Assembly (NCBI GenBank): GCA_964016885.1
Contig: OZ024744.1
Coordinates: 56,172,001 to 56,236,000 of the forward strand
DNA length: 64,000 nt
Direction of reading: 5' to 3'
DNA from: Eledone cirrhosa
Lineage: Eukaryota
The notes below the pieces were generated by a model, which was given only the letters and a program-made list of their open reading frames with translations, did no database searches and was not told the DNA's origin. Below, piece by piece: positions 37,990 to 49,787 of the stretch. Each line of letters starts with the position of its first letter. Position 1 is the stretch's first letter. Made by a program: the position numbers and the translations under genes.

Positions 37990-38698
37990 AAGGTGGAAGA
38001 CTTACGTTGAAGGTGGAAGACTTACGTAGATTAGAGAGAAACAAAGCCTGCATGCTCCGATGGATGTGTAATAGTAATATACGTGAACGACAAATCATAA
38101 ATGGATTGAGAGAGAGACTGAGCATAAGAGGAATCAAATGGTGTGTGCAGGAGAGACAGTTGCGTTGGTATGGACATGTGATGCGTATGAAGGATGACAG
38201 CTGCATAAAAAGGTGCAGAGCACTAGAAGTCGATGGAAACCGCGGAGTGGGGAGACCCGAGATGACCTGGGATGAGGTGATAAAAGCCGACCTTACCCAA
38301 TTACACCTCTCAAAGGCGATGACACACGACCGTGACCTCTGGCGTCACGCAGTAATACAGAGTACCCGACCGCCCGTGGGTACAAGCTGAAGCATATAGA
38401 CAATATGCCCCCACACACCCCACTGCAAGGTGGTCGTGGAGGTGCCATGGCAAAAAAGCACCCAGCCCACACTGTAAAGTGGACGTGTAGGCGCCACGAA
38501 AAAGCACCCAGCACTCACTGTAAATGAGGTTGGTGTTAGGAAGGGCATCCAGCTGTAGAAATCAAGCCAAATCAGTTCTTGTATGAGCAAGGCATGGTCA
38601 GCCGACCAGACACTGCCCACAACAGGACAACCCGTCTAACCCATGCTAGCGTGGAAGAACGGACGTAAAACGGTGATGATGATGATGATGATGATGAT
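37990..38698 (+). mobile_element. 5'-truncated young RTE LINE copy (subfamily B)
   Basis: Matches 58596-59277; (GAT)n tail. Confidence 0.92.
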
Positions 38699-38741
38699 AC
38701 ATATACATACATATGTATATGTATATATACATATTTACATA

Positions 38742-38880
38742 CTTTTGGATGGCCGTTGACTCTTATAAGTTCCTCCGCTCTTTGTCAGGTTTTGTTTTTT
38801 GTCCTGCAGGTTGTCCAAAATCACCCACCTCACCAAGTAAACTTGGTGAGGTTGCCGGTTTAGTCGCCGATGACCCAACC
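38742..38880 (-). mobile_element. Fragment of the head region of the non-autonomous retroposon family
   Basis: Antisense of GGCGACTAAAC..GGACA.CCTGCAGGAC..AAAACAAAACCTG. Confidence 0.7.
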
Positions 38881-38899
38881 ATACATACATACACACACA

Positions 38900-39492
38900 C
38901 TGAAAGAGTACTGATGGAATGTTCCAGTCAAAACCCCAACAAAATGCAGGCATAACAGACCAGATATAATGATATGGGATGGGGAAAAGAAGGTATGCAC
39001 AATAGTGGAAGTTAGCTGCCTAGCAGATGCCAATATAATATCAAAGATTAGCGAAAAGGAGAATATTTATGCAGAACTAATGAGAAATCTGCAGATAGTC
39101 CACCCTGATTACACCTTCAGATTTATACCTGTGCTTATTGGGGCACTGGGATATGTTAGTAACTGCCTCAATACAAATCTTGAGAAGCTAGACTTCACAG
39201 GAACAGAAAGAACACAACTAGTTAGGAAAGTACAAGTACAATCCATTAATGGAACAGTAAAAATATGTAAGACATTCCAAATATTCTGCTTCTAATAACT
39301 GCATATACACTTGTACAGATATAAAGCATATGCACACATACAATAACATCCATAGCTACACATGATGCATGCAGACATGCATACATATCTACCTAGTTGA
39401 TGTTGTGTAAATTCCAATGAGAGAGTCTTGTGTCTATGTTAGAAACCGACTCTCTCTCTATTGGCAATTTATAAAATTATAAAACCAGAACA
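38900..39492 (+). mobile_element. R4/Dong-like LINE 3' fragment
   Basis: RPDIMIWD..VEVSC..FIPVLIGALG plus 3' UTR; (CATA)n on both sides. Confidence 0.88.
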
Positions 39493-40174
39493 TACATACA
39501 TACATATGAGGGTCAGCTGAAATGTTTATAGTCTGACCAAGATACTCTCATGGAATGACCAAATGAAGTTTATTTCTCAACATAAGAAACAATGCATTTA
39601 TTAATAAGAAGAGTTGAAATTATGTATACAAGCCTATGAACTTTTCAGCCGACCCTTATACATACATACATCATTTTATGTTTGATTTCTATGCTGGCAT
39701 GGGTTTGACAGATTGTTATAATCTGTGACTGCATGGGCCGGGATGACTACAATTAGCTGGTATGTTCCACTTTTGGCATTATTTCTACAGCTGGAGGCCG
39801 TTCCTAGGCCAAATTTTATTCTTTATATCCTTTTATTGAAGTAATTAACACATATAAAAAAAATAAAAAACGGAAAAGGAAGGGAAAGACAAGGGCTCTA
39901 GGGTCACAGAAGAATGGGGAAGGGGGAAGGTGATGGGCTCTGGGCCTAGGTTGTGGCAGTGTTGTGGCTGCCCCCACCCACCCCCTGCAGACGCAGACAA
40001 GACTGCCAAATATAAAATAAAAAACAAATAAAAAAGCAACAGATATATAAATTAAACTGGAACGTGTAAATTAAACCAAGTTAAATGGATTAATTTTTTT
40101 GTTAATGTCTAAAAATGTTGCCATTTCACCTCAATACCATTTTCATAATGATGGCATTGATGATGTCAATAAAA

Positions 40175-40187
40175 CCACCAACACCAC

Positions 40188-40237
<50 letters not shown>

Positions 40238-40625
40238 CACCACCACCACCACCACCATCATTATCCCATCATCACCACCATTACTGTCATCACCACTACC
40301 TACAACAACACCAATACTACCACCATACAACCACCAACACCGCTATCCCCTCACCAGCACCACTACCACCACTACTACCATCTCCACCACCACAACCATC
40401 ACCACCAAAACCACCATCACCACCAACGCCACCATCACTCCCTGCCCCACAACTATTACTATCACTATTAACACCTACATCACCCCCACCCCCACGGTTA
40501 CTACCACCAACACCAACAACAATACAAACAATACTAACACCACCACCACCATCACCACCAACAACAACACCACTATCACCACCACCACTGTTACCACCAT
40601 CACGACCATCACCATCACCAAACAC
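40175..40625. repeat. (CAT)n/(CAC)n low-complexity tract
   Basis: Seen directly; the Pro/His-rich ORFs are a by-product. Confidence 0.9.
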
Positions 40626-40991
40626 AAATACATCATCAAGAATACGAAAGCCACAGTTCAATGCCAAATGTGTCTAATATGCAATAATAAGGTGCCAAAA
40701 CAAGTTAACCAAAGTGCTAAATTATTTCTATAAGTTTAGATATTATTCTTTTGTTTCTGTTTTGATGTACCATTTACATCAGTTTGGGCAAGAGCCACCC
40801 GATACAACTAGAAATGTTGTTTTATTATTTTTAATATTTTGATTTTTGTAAGGTAAGAACGAAGATAAAGGTTGTTTGTGTTCAATGTTGTTGTATTTTG
40901 GTGGTAAAAGGTTGTGTCTTCGTTGTATTGGTTATAGTTGTTGTATTGGTTATAGTTGTTGTTTAGCTGAGATAGGTATACTGCCTAGCAG

Positions 40992-41264
40992 CAGCGGCGT
41001 GCAGAGCTCTTGTGATGCCCGGGGCAAATCTTGATTGTATGCCCCAAAGACTCAAGTATAAGGTCTAATATACTGAGAATAAGAGAAAGGAAACAATTCT
41101 GAATATATAAACACGGATGAAACAGGAAATAAACGCTTTATTCGATTTTAATATAAATCAATCAAATTTATTAAATTCTTTTCCCCCAAATGATGCCCCC
41201 CTCCCCCCTCCAAAGAATTCCGGGGCCAACACATCCCCCCCCCCCATTGCTCTGCACGCTGCTG
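40992..41264. mobile_element. hAT-type MITE 1
   Basis: TIR CAGCGGCGTGCAGAGC / GCTCTGCACGCTGCTG; 8-bp TSD CCTAGCAG at 40984-40991 and 41265-41272. Confidence 0.85.
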
Positions 41265-41269
41265 CCTAG

Positions 41270-41433
41270 CAGGGCCTCCAACAGAAATATTGCACTGCGG
41301 TACAAGACCCCTTTGGGTCCCGAAGCAAGCAAAGATTTTTCTCAAAATGGATGTTGCATGGTTGCTGTGGGGCCTTCTTAACTCTTGGGCCCCGGAACAA
41401 ATACTGACTGGACCCCGCCTCTCATAGGCCCTG
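41270..41433. mobile_element. hAT-type MITE 2
   Basis: TIR CAGGGCCT / AGGCCCTG; 8-bp TSD CTGCCTAG at 40981-40988 and 41434-41441. Confidence 0.8.
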
Positions 41434-42750
41434 CTGCCTAGACTGGGATGAAAAATCTGCCCTTCCCTCCCCATATTCCCATTTCCCCCTTGCTTTGGTG
41501 ATTTTATTTTTTCTCTCTTTCTTTTTTTTTCTTTTTCTTTCTTTTTTGTATTGCAAACATGTAATCTAACTGAAATATTTTTTAATAAAAATGTTCATTC
41601 ATTCAAACTACGTTATCATAATATTTTGTGAGAAAAGGAGAAAGAGAAAGCAAAAGGATGTGTACGATTGTTCTGGTTATAGTTGCTATCAACGTCATTT
41701 TTGTTTTACTTTCTTGTTATTTATTTATCTATCTATTTACTTATTGCATCAGTTTTCTGTCTGTTTTTCTGTGATGTAGTAGGTCAAGAGCCAGAACTTG
41801 TGTGTGGGAGAATGGGGTAGGGGGGAGTGATGTCGGAGGTGGGTGACGTTAGGTCACGATGAAAGGAAATCCCCAACATCTTCTTCCACGTGGTATCATC
41901 GCAAGATAAGGTTGTGTGTTTGTTGTCAGATTCCCAATTTCTGAAGTGTGCAGTCTGACAAGGATTGAACAAAGAGTGAAGCTAATCCAGGTTTCAAGTG
42001 GCGTTAAGTGACTCAGTGTACAAGACTTCTCCATGGACAAGCCACCAGTCAGCTATCGCAGGGAACCACCCACCCCACACCAGCTGTTAATGTTGCTGCT
42101 GCTGGTATTCATTTTCAGCTGAGTCGACTGGAGTAACATGAAATGAAGTTTCTTGCTCAACCACAAGATGTGCCATCCCATCCTGAGATTGAACCCAGAT
42201 GTTTACAATTATGAGACTAACACCTTAACTAGTAGGTCATGTGCCTTCACTCATTCTTAAATGGTCTTGCTTGGAGCAGATTGAATATTTTATCAAGTGG
42301 TGATAGCTATAGCTTTCTTGTCTCTATTGTTGATCAGGTTGTGTCAAGTCTTAAAGACTTTGTCTTTTACTTATTTATGATAAGAACTTCAAAAAGCTGA
42401 TACAAAGCAAAAAGCAAAATATATATAATATATATATATCATCATCATCATCATCATCATTTTACGTCTGCTTTTCCCTGTTTGCAATATATATATATAT
42501 ATATATATATATGTCAGTCATAGAATAAGGAAATGTGAAGTAGATTCCGATGTTAAAGTCCCTTATTGATAAGGCTGTGATACATATTTCTAAGATGCAA
42601 GGCTAGTTATATAATAACCCTCTGGCATGTTTTCATCAGTTGGTGTAAGATGTATTTTCCTATCCATTGATATCTTACTGGTTTCACGTGGTGTTAACAT
42701 CCTTGACCAGTACCCATACTTTCATCAACTGAATAATATATATATATATA

Positions 42751-42772
42751 CTAGCAGTGTATCCCGGCGTTG
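42751..42772 (-). mobile_element. Isolated Helitron-like 3' terminus
   Basis: Reverse complement CAACGCCGGGATACACTGCTAG|T, same motif as 2408-2430. Confidence 0.6.
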
Positions 42773-42894
42773 AACATTGGTAATAGCACTTCCAATGAGA
42801 AACGTTTATTTGTGAGTGCCTGTTAAAAACTCACGAACTGACATGCTCACCAACATCCAGAGTTGACACTGCACTCAGTGCTCCTGTGGGAGCC

Positions 42895-43070
42895 CCTGCA
42901 TGGACACACTGGAAGAGGAAGACCGAGGTTAACATATGTTGATGCCCTAAGGACAGACACTGGTCTGTTGGAGACGTAGGACATGGCAGCGATAATGAGG
43001 GACAGAGGCCGCTGGAGAGAACTCGTCCATGGATCTCGGGAATTTTACCTGCCCTAGATAGATAGATATA
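42895..43070 (+). mobile_element. 3' end of another RTE-like LINE with a (GATA)n tail
   Basis: HGHTGRGRPRLTYVDAL..MRDR.RWRELV; near-identical copy at 61030-61198 and short copy at 44400-44460. Confidence 0.75.
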
Positions 43071-43132
43071 TTTTTATATATATTTATATATATATGTATA
43101 TGTGTATATGTGTTTGTATATGTATGTATATC

Positions 43133-43594
43133 TATAACGAAGGGTATTTTTAGTTGTTAGAATGTTTATAACACGTTATTAGATGAAATAACAAGAATGG
43201 CCGATTTACTTTATATATAAAGGTTTACTTCACTTTAGTCAAAAAGAACAATAAACATGTTACCACGAGTTGCAAAGGTTGACAATGTTATTTTTGTTGT
43301 TGGTTCATGAGGCTGGTGTAGTCTGCGACCAAAAGAGAGAGATAATGGTCTGTAATTGACTGTAGACCACTGTGGTGAATAGCGGTGAATCTTTCACATA
43401 GCTTCTAATAGCGTACTACTCCGATCGCTCTGTTTTAACGTGGGATGATACAGGCTTTATATACCTGTCGCTTTCTGTCTCCCACCTCGAGGGGATAGTC
43501 CACGCATGAACCTGTTCACACCAAAAGGGTGGTGACCTAGAGTTTGACCTCTAGGTGTCACCCAAGGTTCAAGGCGTGGACAGATTTCACTACA
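43133..43594 (-). mobile_element. Possible solo LTR in a (TA)n site
   Basis: Minus strand begins TGTAGTG and ends CGTTATA; TATA-like GTATATAAAG; TA flanks. Confidence 0.35.
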
Positions 43595-43659
43595 TATCTA
43601 TTCATATATATAAAAGTGAAATTGTCTGTGTGTGTGTGTGTTCTCATTTTTGCACCGTC

Positions 43660-44380
43660 AAGGAAGCACCAGAGATGCCGCAGCCTCAGCGCATGTTTGC
43701 GCATCATCAGCCATGGCATGCCCAGCCCTCCACGCAATGGGTGTTGACAGCAGATGGATCATCTGACCATGGGAGCACGTCCCTTCCATAAAAAGCGGAA
43801 GAGGAAGCGCTCCATTTTTGTCACAGTTGGGCCGGGACAAGGCACAACAGTTTGGCAGTAGCAGATGACGGATGCGATGAACGCATTCGCCACCTCTGCC
43901 CGACCTTTCAGGGACAGCTTCTCGGCCCATTTCTGGGTGAGAGAGGCCACCCTGTTCATCACCTCACTCCAGTTTTTCTCCATCTGGAGGTCCGGACCGA
44001 ACCAGACCCCGAGCAATTTAACTGGTCCTTCCGTCCAAGCTCCACAACGCTGTCGCGCTGCATGGACTTGCCTCTCCAGGTGCCGAGCTGCAAGCCCACC
44101 GACTTTTCCTGGTTTAACTTTGCTCCTGTCACTGCTTCATATTCCTTGAGAGCGGTGCCGAGCATCTGGACATGTCCGGCGCATCAACGGGCCCGCTCTG
44201 AGTATGCGCCTGTAGACTGAGGAGTGGAAAACTGAGAGAGGGTGCTTGCCCTGGTGATCAGGGTGGCCGTGGTCTTTTGTGTGGTTTTCGCTACGAGTGA
44301 CCCTTGGAAGTTTCCCCCCTATTGGGGAATTTTTGGTTGTTTGAATTTTTTGATATTTCTATTTTCTTGTTATAACCTTT
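43660..44380. mobile_element. L1/Tx1-clade LINE with 5' inversion (minus 43660-~44180, plus ~44180-44380)
   Basis: Minus part is homologous to ~2900-3400; plus part is homologous to the ORF end and 3' UTR at ~4190-4390 (CCCCCTATTGGGGA). Confidence 0.75.
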
Positions 44381-44516
44381 TTTACACAGCCAAAACCCAC
44401 GCTGGAGAGAACTCGCCCATGGATCTTGGGAATTTTACCCTCCCTAGATAGATAGATAGATTTTTATGTGTATATTTATATATATGTGTATATATATATA
44501 TGTGTATATGTGTTTG

Positions 44517-44549
<33 letters not shown>

Positions 44550-44555
<6 letters not shown>

Positions 44556-45645
44556 ATACTTTGGGAGGGTCATGTTGCCAATAAGAAACACACGCACCAG
44601 TTGCTTTCACTTCAATTTATTATATATTTATAAATTTATAAATTTACAAATCTACAAATTTATAAATTTCTGGTTGGTTGGTTGGTTCCACAACCAGATA
44701 GTTGTTTATATATAGTCATAGTCCTTTCGTCACACACTCTGTGACCTCTTCAGTGACTGGGGATTCCTTTCTTTGTTTCTGTGCCTTTCCTTTCTTCTGT
44801 CCTACGCCATTTTGTTTCTGTGTGTGTGTTGTGTGCTCAGTTTGCGCATGCGCCACATCCGGGTGTTTGTGTGTGTTTGTGTTCATTTATCTATTTGTTT
44901 ATTTATTTACATGTTATTGGTTGGTTGTTTGTTCTATGTGTGTGTGTGTTTTCATTTTGTCCTTAATTGTAAGTTGTGATGTTGCTGTTCCACTCATATT
45001 TTCTATTTAATTTTGGTTGTAATTCTTTTATGTTTATTGCCTCTGTAATTTGTCTAAACATTGCATCTTTTCTGTGTGTAGATTCTATTTTTATTTCTAT
45101 GTTCTCTAATCTACCCCTGTGTTCTATCTTAGCATGTTGGTAGAGTACAGATGATTCTTTATTATCTTGAAGGTCTCGCCAGTGTTCATTTATCCGTTCC
45201 CCTATACTACGAGCTGTCTCACCTATGTACACTATATTTTTGTTTCTACATTGTCCTTCAGTACATCTTATGCTATACACTACATTTCTAGTTTTACAGT
45301 TAATATGGGGGCTTATTTTACAGGTTATGCATTTCTTATCTATACATGAGGGTCTTTGGAACAGGTATGTCTTGCTAATAAGTGTTTTTACGGAGGTACC
45401 TGGTCTTTCTACTATCTTAATATTGAGTTTATGTTTATTTAGGGCCCTTCTAAATTTGTAGGCTAGTTCGCCTCTTGGGGTTGTATCGATGAACATTACA
45501 CTCTGGTATTTATTGCTATCATACCATGAGTTTATTCTATTGGCCTTGTTCCTAGTTCTTTCTATTCTATTCCAAAATTTGCTCCTATACAAGGGGCAGG
45601 TCCCATTTATGTCATTATTTACCATTTTTTCCCATTTGGTTCTGA
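44550..45645 (-). mobile_element. 5'-truncated Penelope-like element, same family as 23968; intact GIY-YIG C-terminus (ORF 44963-45625)
   Basis: VYIGETARSIGERINEH..RQITEAINIKELQPKLNRKYEW; same 3' terminus next to (TA)n. Confidence 0.9.
44714..44758 (-). ncRNA. Minimal type I hammerhead ribozyme (copy 2)
   Basis: AGTCA-CTGAAGA-G-GTCACA/TGTGAC-GAAA-GGACT-A-TGACT: 5-bp stem I, 6-bp stem II, 2-bp stem III, CUA cleavage triplet. Confidence 0.8.
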
Positions 45646-45649
45646 AACG

Positions 45650-45689
<40 letters not shown>

Positions 45690-45740
45690 ATGTGTATATA
45701 TGCATATATATGTTTATATATATATATGTGTGTGTATATA

Positions 45741-47270
45741 TGTAGCGACGCTGGTTGGTCAGTCTAGTCACTACTTCTGATCAGATCCGAGAATAGTCCT
45801 TAGAAGGACTGTTATCGCATACGGTCTGATCAGATATGAAGATAGCCCTTAAAAGAACTGCTGAAGATGGACAGACGAAAGCACAGGTTGAAAGGACGAA
45901 GCAAGGCGAGATGTAAATTCGATCAGCTATTTATTTTCACATGAAGCAACGATACGGGGTACAAGGCAATGCGTGTGTGAGTGACAAAGCGTGGCAGAGT
46001 AAAGGAACAACGATGCGCTAGCTAACACTGCCAAAAGTCGACTAGCGAAAGTGTTAGGGACCACTCTATTTATACAGGAACAATCCTTTGTTGTTTAGTC
46101 GATGTGTAGGCGTTTATTCTGGTAGATTCTAATTCTAGTAGGTTCTAATTCTGGTAGGTTCTAAGGGTTCTTTGGTTTCACGTTGAGTAGCTAGCTAACA
46201 GGTAGATGGCGCTGTATATTTCACAGCTGTTATTTCCGGTGGCTGTACATTAGCCCCCTGCCAGTTCTTTTGTACAACAAAAGAGCGAAATATCGTATAG
46301 GAATGGGCCAGTGGTGCATTTGTCATGACAATAGCCCCAGGATTGTCCAGCACGTTGTGAAATGTTGTGATCATCGAGTACAGGACAGAGTCGATGTAGA
46401 GATGATATGGCAAGATCTGTGTGTCAGGAAGAGAAAAAAGAAATAAACTATAAAATGACTTTGACCAGATTTATGCAGGCGTGATGAATGAGCCTGTTGC
46501 AATTTCGGTTGAGCTGCCTGTGAATTGCGTGACAAAAAGTCTAACTGGGCAGTGAAGATAACCGTAATGTGTGAACTGAATGGCCGTAAGCATGCTTCCT
46601 AAAGGTAACAGCTTGCTCCACAGCATATGACTTGAGCGAATGCATGTGGTAAAAAAATAGCGAGGCATTCTCGAGCTATTGAGTGAATGTGTACGTGAAA
46701 ACAGAAGGCCAGTGTTTTGAGGTTGTGATTTGTGAAATGCGTGATCAAAGAGAAAACATTTTGTAGTGTAAAAGTTAGAGGGACACAAATATCTATTGCT
46801 GAACCAAATATCTATTGTATGAACCAAAAGGTGAAACAAATGTGGTTTTGTAGTGTGCATGAAAAACAGAATATGTACACGCCTTGTATGTATATAAAAA
46901 TTATGGCAATTACACAATCAATGTTACAGAACAAGAAAAATACAAATTTTGCAAAACAAGAGAGAGAAGAAAAAAAAAATGTTATACACAATGTTTGTTC
47001 TTAAATAGTGTTTGTAATAAATAATGTTCATAATAAATAATGTTCTTCGTGACATGAGCACATGGTCACTAAAAATTGCAATTGTTCAAGCAGAAAGTTC
47101 ATTGTATTTGAAACTGGAAATAGTAAACACAAGAAAAATGGAAATGTTTTGCACGAAGAATGATTAAGAAACTCACTTGAGGTTAACGGTAATTCACATA
47201 TTGTGCCAACTTTGCGGGCCAATGGACGCGTCGTCCGCTTCTCGTGACTGTTATTTCCGGTGGCTGTACA
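45741..47270 (-). mobile_element. Deleted LTR retrotransposon: complete 3' LTR (45741-46249), PPT, ~1 kb non-coding interior and a 23-bp stub of the 5' LTR
   Basis: LTR TGTAC...CTACA; TATAAATA at ~46070 and AATAAA at ~45933; PPT GGCAGGGGGCTAA abuts the LTR; CTGTTATTTCCGGTGGCTGTACA is repeated at 47248-47270; TA flanks. Confidence 0.75.
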
Positions 47271-47399
47271 TATATATGTCTATATATGTATGTGTGTGTG
47301 TGTGTGTGAATGTGGCGAAGATAATACGTCAGCAATGACATGTTGGTCATAATGTCGTTATGCAGACAGGCAGACATATATTATAAGGGCGCGACGGAG

Positions 47400-47593
47400 A
47401 TGGATAACCGGCGCCTAACACCCCTTTAACAACAGAAAATTGAAAAATAAAAGCTGCAGTTAATATCTTTAGACCACAAGGAATATATAAATGCAAGTTT
47501 AAAGTCAATCGGAGTAGAAATGTGGATTTGTATAGACGTTGCAAAAATGAGGACACACACACAGACAACATCAGTTTTATATATATGTATAGA
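47400..47593 (-). mobile_element. Helitron-like 5' end; a related plus-strand head lies at ~43602-43660
   Basis: TCTATACATATATATAAAACTGATGTTGTCTGTGTG..CTCATTTTTGCA.CGTC is shared by both. Confidence 0.55.
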
Positions 47594-49079
47594 TAAACAA
47601 ATTTAACTTGAACGTAGAGTTTTGAAACATGAGTGTATATGAATCTCAGGAAAAATAGGAAAACTTGGCATATGGAAAACAGCAAAATACCGTCGAAGCG
47701 GCATTGGCTAAAATATTACCTCGAAGGACAGAGATCAGCGGCTCGGTGTGAATTGACTCAAAGGAAGGAAAAGAAGATAGGAAGGAGGAAAAAGAATGGA
47801 TGAAAGCAAACAGGTCGCAAACATTAATATATGCTTGTCAGATCTCAACCTCCAACAGTTTCGACATGGTATTAAACTGGGTGGCCAATAGATAAAAAGT
47901 TTGTTGATGGAAAATTTATATAGGATCTTATTTCAGCTCTGTTAGCAGGGTAGAAGTGTTGGCGAGGTGGGAGGGCTTGGTGGCACCTACCCCTCATCTT
48001 TTCAATGGTGCATTCTCAATTTTAGAAAATAAAGTTTATATTAAAAAAAAAATACTGTCCTGAAATAGGTTTCGTGGGAAAGTGTACCCTCCCAGAATAT
48101 TCTTAAGCCAGCCAGCCCCACCCCACTCTTCCCAAGCAAAAGAACCTGGTGATGAGCCTGTCACTCACTGACTGATGTCATCCTTGAAACTTATACATGT
48201 ACACCAGGTCCAAACACAAAAGAACCAAAACTCCCACTGTCATTGCCTCTGTCTCTCCCACTCTTACTATCTCTCACTATCGTGAGCAAATGTGGGACCA
48301 AGTGCTGCTCGCACTGCAGCCCCAGTGAACTGGCCACCTGGTGGACAAAATGGAGAAGGCATTTTCCCGGAGGATGGTGAGGGAGGCATACTGGAGGAGC
48401 CATTCCAGCTTGTGAGGCTCACCTGCAGGTAGCCAACTCTGTGCCGATGTTGGTGAGCAGGGAGGCAGCCCTAGGCCAAGGACACCAGAAATCACCACTG
48501 CCATGGGCTCGACCACAAACCTGTCAGAGTGCAACAAATATTTATGTTGAAGACTGTAAGAGGTTTATGTGGGTGAGATTTGGCTGTTTAGAATGTATAA
48601 ATATGGCGTTGTCATCAGGCCTGTCTAATCTTGTATTAGACAGGTCTGATGACAACCAACCCAACCAACCAGTCAATACTAGCATGGCAATAGGATGTAA
48701 AACAATAATGATGATTGAATAATTTCAAATGGTCACCTAGAAGTATTTTCACTGATTGATGTGAGTCCTATTTTAAAGACAGCTGTTAATCTATGATGAG
48801 AGATTTCGCAGTTACAGAAAATAAGTGTGACTGTACAAAAGCACCAAAGCTACTCATCTCACACAGTATTTTATTTCCCAAACAATGTTAGGTATGTTTC
48901 GAATATATATATATATTTATTATTAGTACAGATCAATCTGTACTAATAATAAATATTTGCTCTACGGGTTTTATATATATATATATCATCATCATCATCA
49001 TCATCGTTTAACGTCCATCTTCCACGCTTGCATGGGTTTGGTCGGATATATATATATATATTTACAAAATATCAAAATA

Positions 49080-49787
49080 TGCATGATATACGCGAACGCC
49101 AAAACATAAATGAACTAAATGAGAAATTAGGAATAAGAGGGATCAGATGTTGTTTACTCAAGAGAAGATTACGTTTGTATGGTCACATGATGTGCATGAA
49201 AGACAACAGCCATATAAAAAAGTACAGGGTGATCAAAATTGATATAAGTTACGGAGTAGGTAGACCCAGAAAAACCTAGGTTGACATGAAAAATTCTGAC
49301 CTTGCACACTTACACCTCTCTAAGACAATGTCACTGGATCGAGATCCTTGGCGCCATGCAGTATTACAGAAGACCCACCTTCCCTATGTACAAAGTTAAC
49401 CTACAGTCAGTAGTCCCCTCCAAACCAAACATACACCCCAATCCACTACCCTTACTCCATCCTCCCACCAACACCACCCTTTCTCTATAAAGTTATGTTG
49501 GGACCACAACATCCAGTCCAAACTAATGAGATTGTGTAGATGTCACGACAAAAAAACACACAGTCCATGCTGTAATGTGGTCGTGTAGGTAACACGGTAA
49601 AAACCTGCCAGTCCACACTGTAAATGTGGTTGGTGTTTGGAAGGGCATCCAGCCATAGAAAACCTGCCAGATAGTCCTATACGAGCGAGGCACGGTCACC
49701 CGTCCAATCTTGCCTCAAGTGGGACAATTTCTGTCTAACCCATGCTAGTGTGGAAGATAGACGTTAAACGATGGTGATGATGATGGT
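49080..49787 (+). mobile_element. Older RTE subfamily, 3' fragment with a longer 3' UTR
   Basis: RRLRLYGHMM..GRPRKT; GGAAGGGCATCCAGC motif; (GAT)n tail; sister copy at 56070-56880. Confidence 0.85.

Noticed and set aside
40099-40677. Proline-rich extensin/formin-like ORF
   Set aside because: Derived from (CAC)/(CAT) repeats, open in several frames, no splice or domain support
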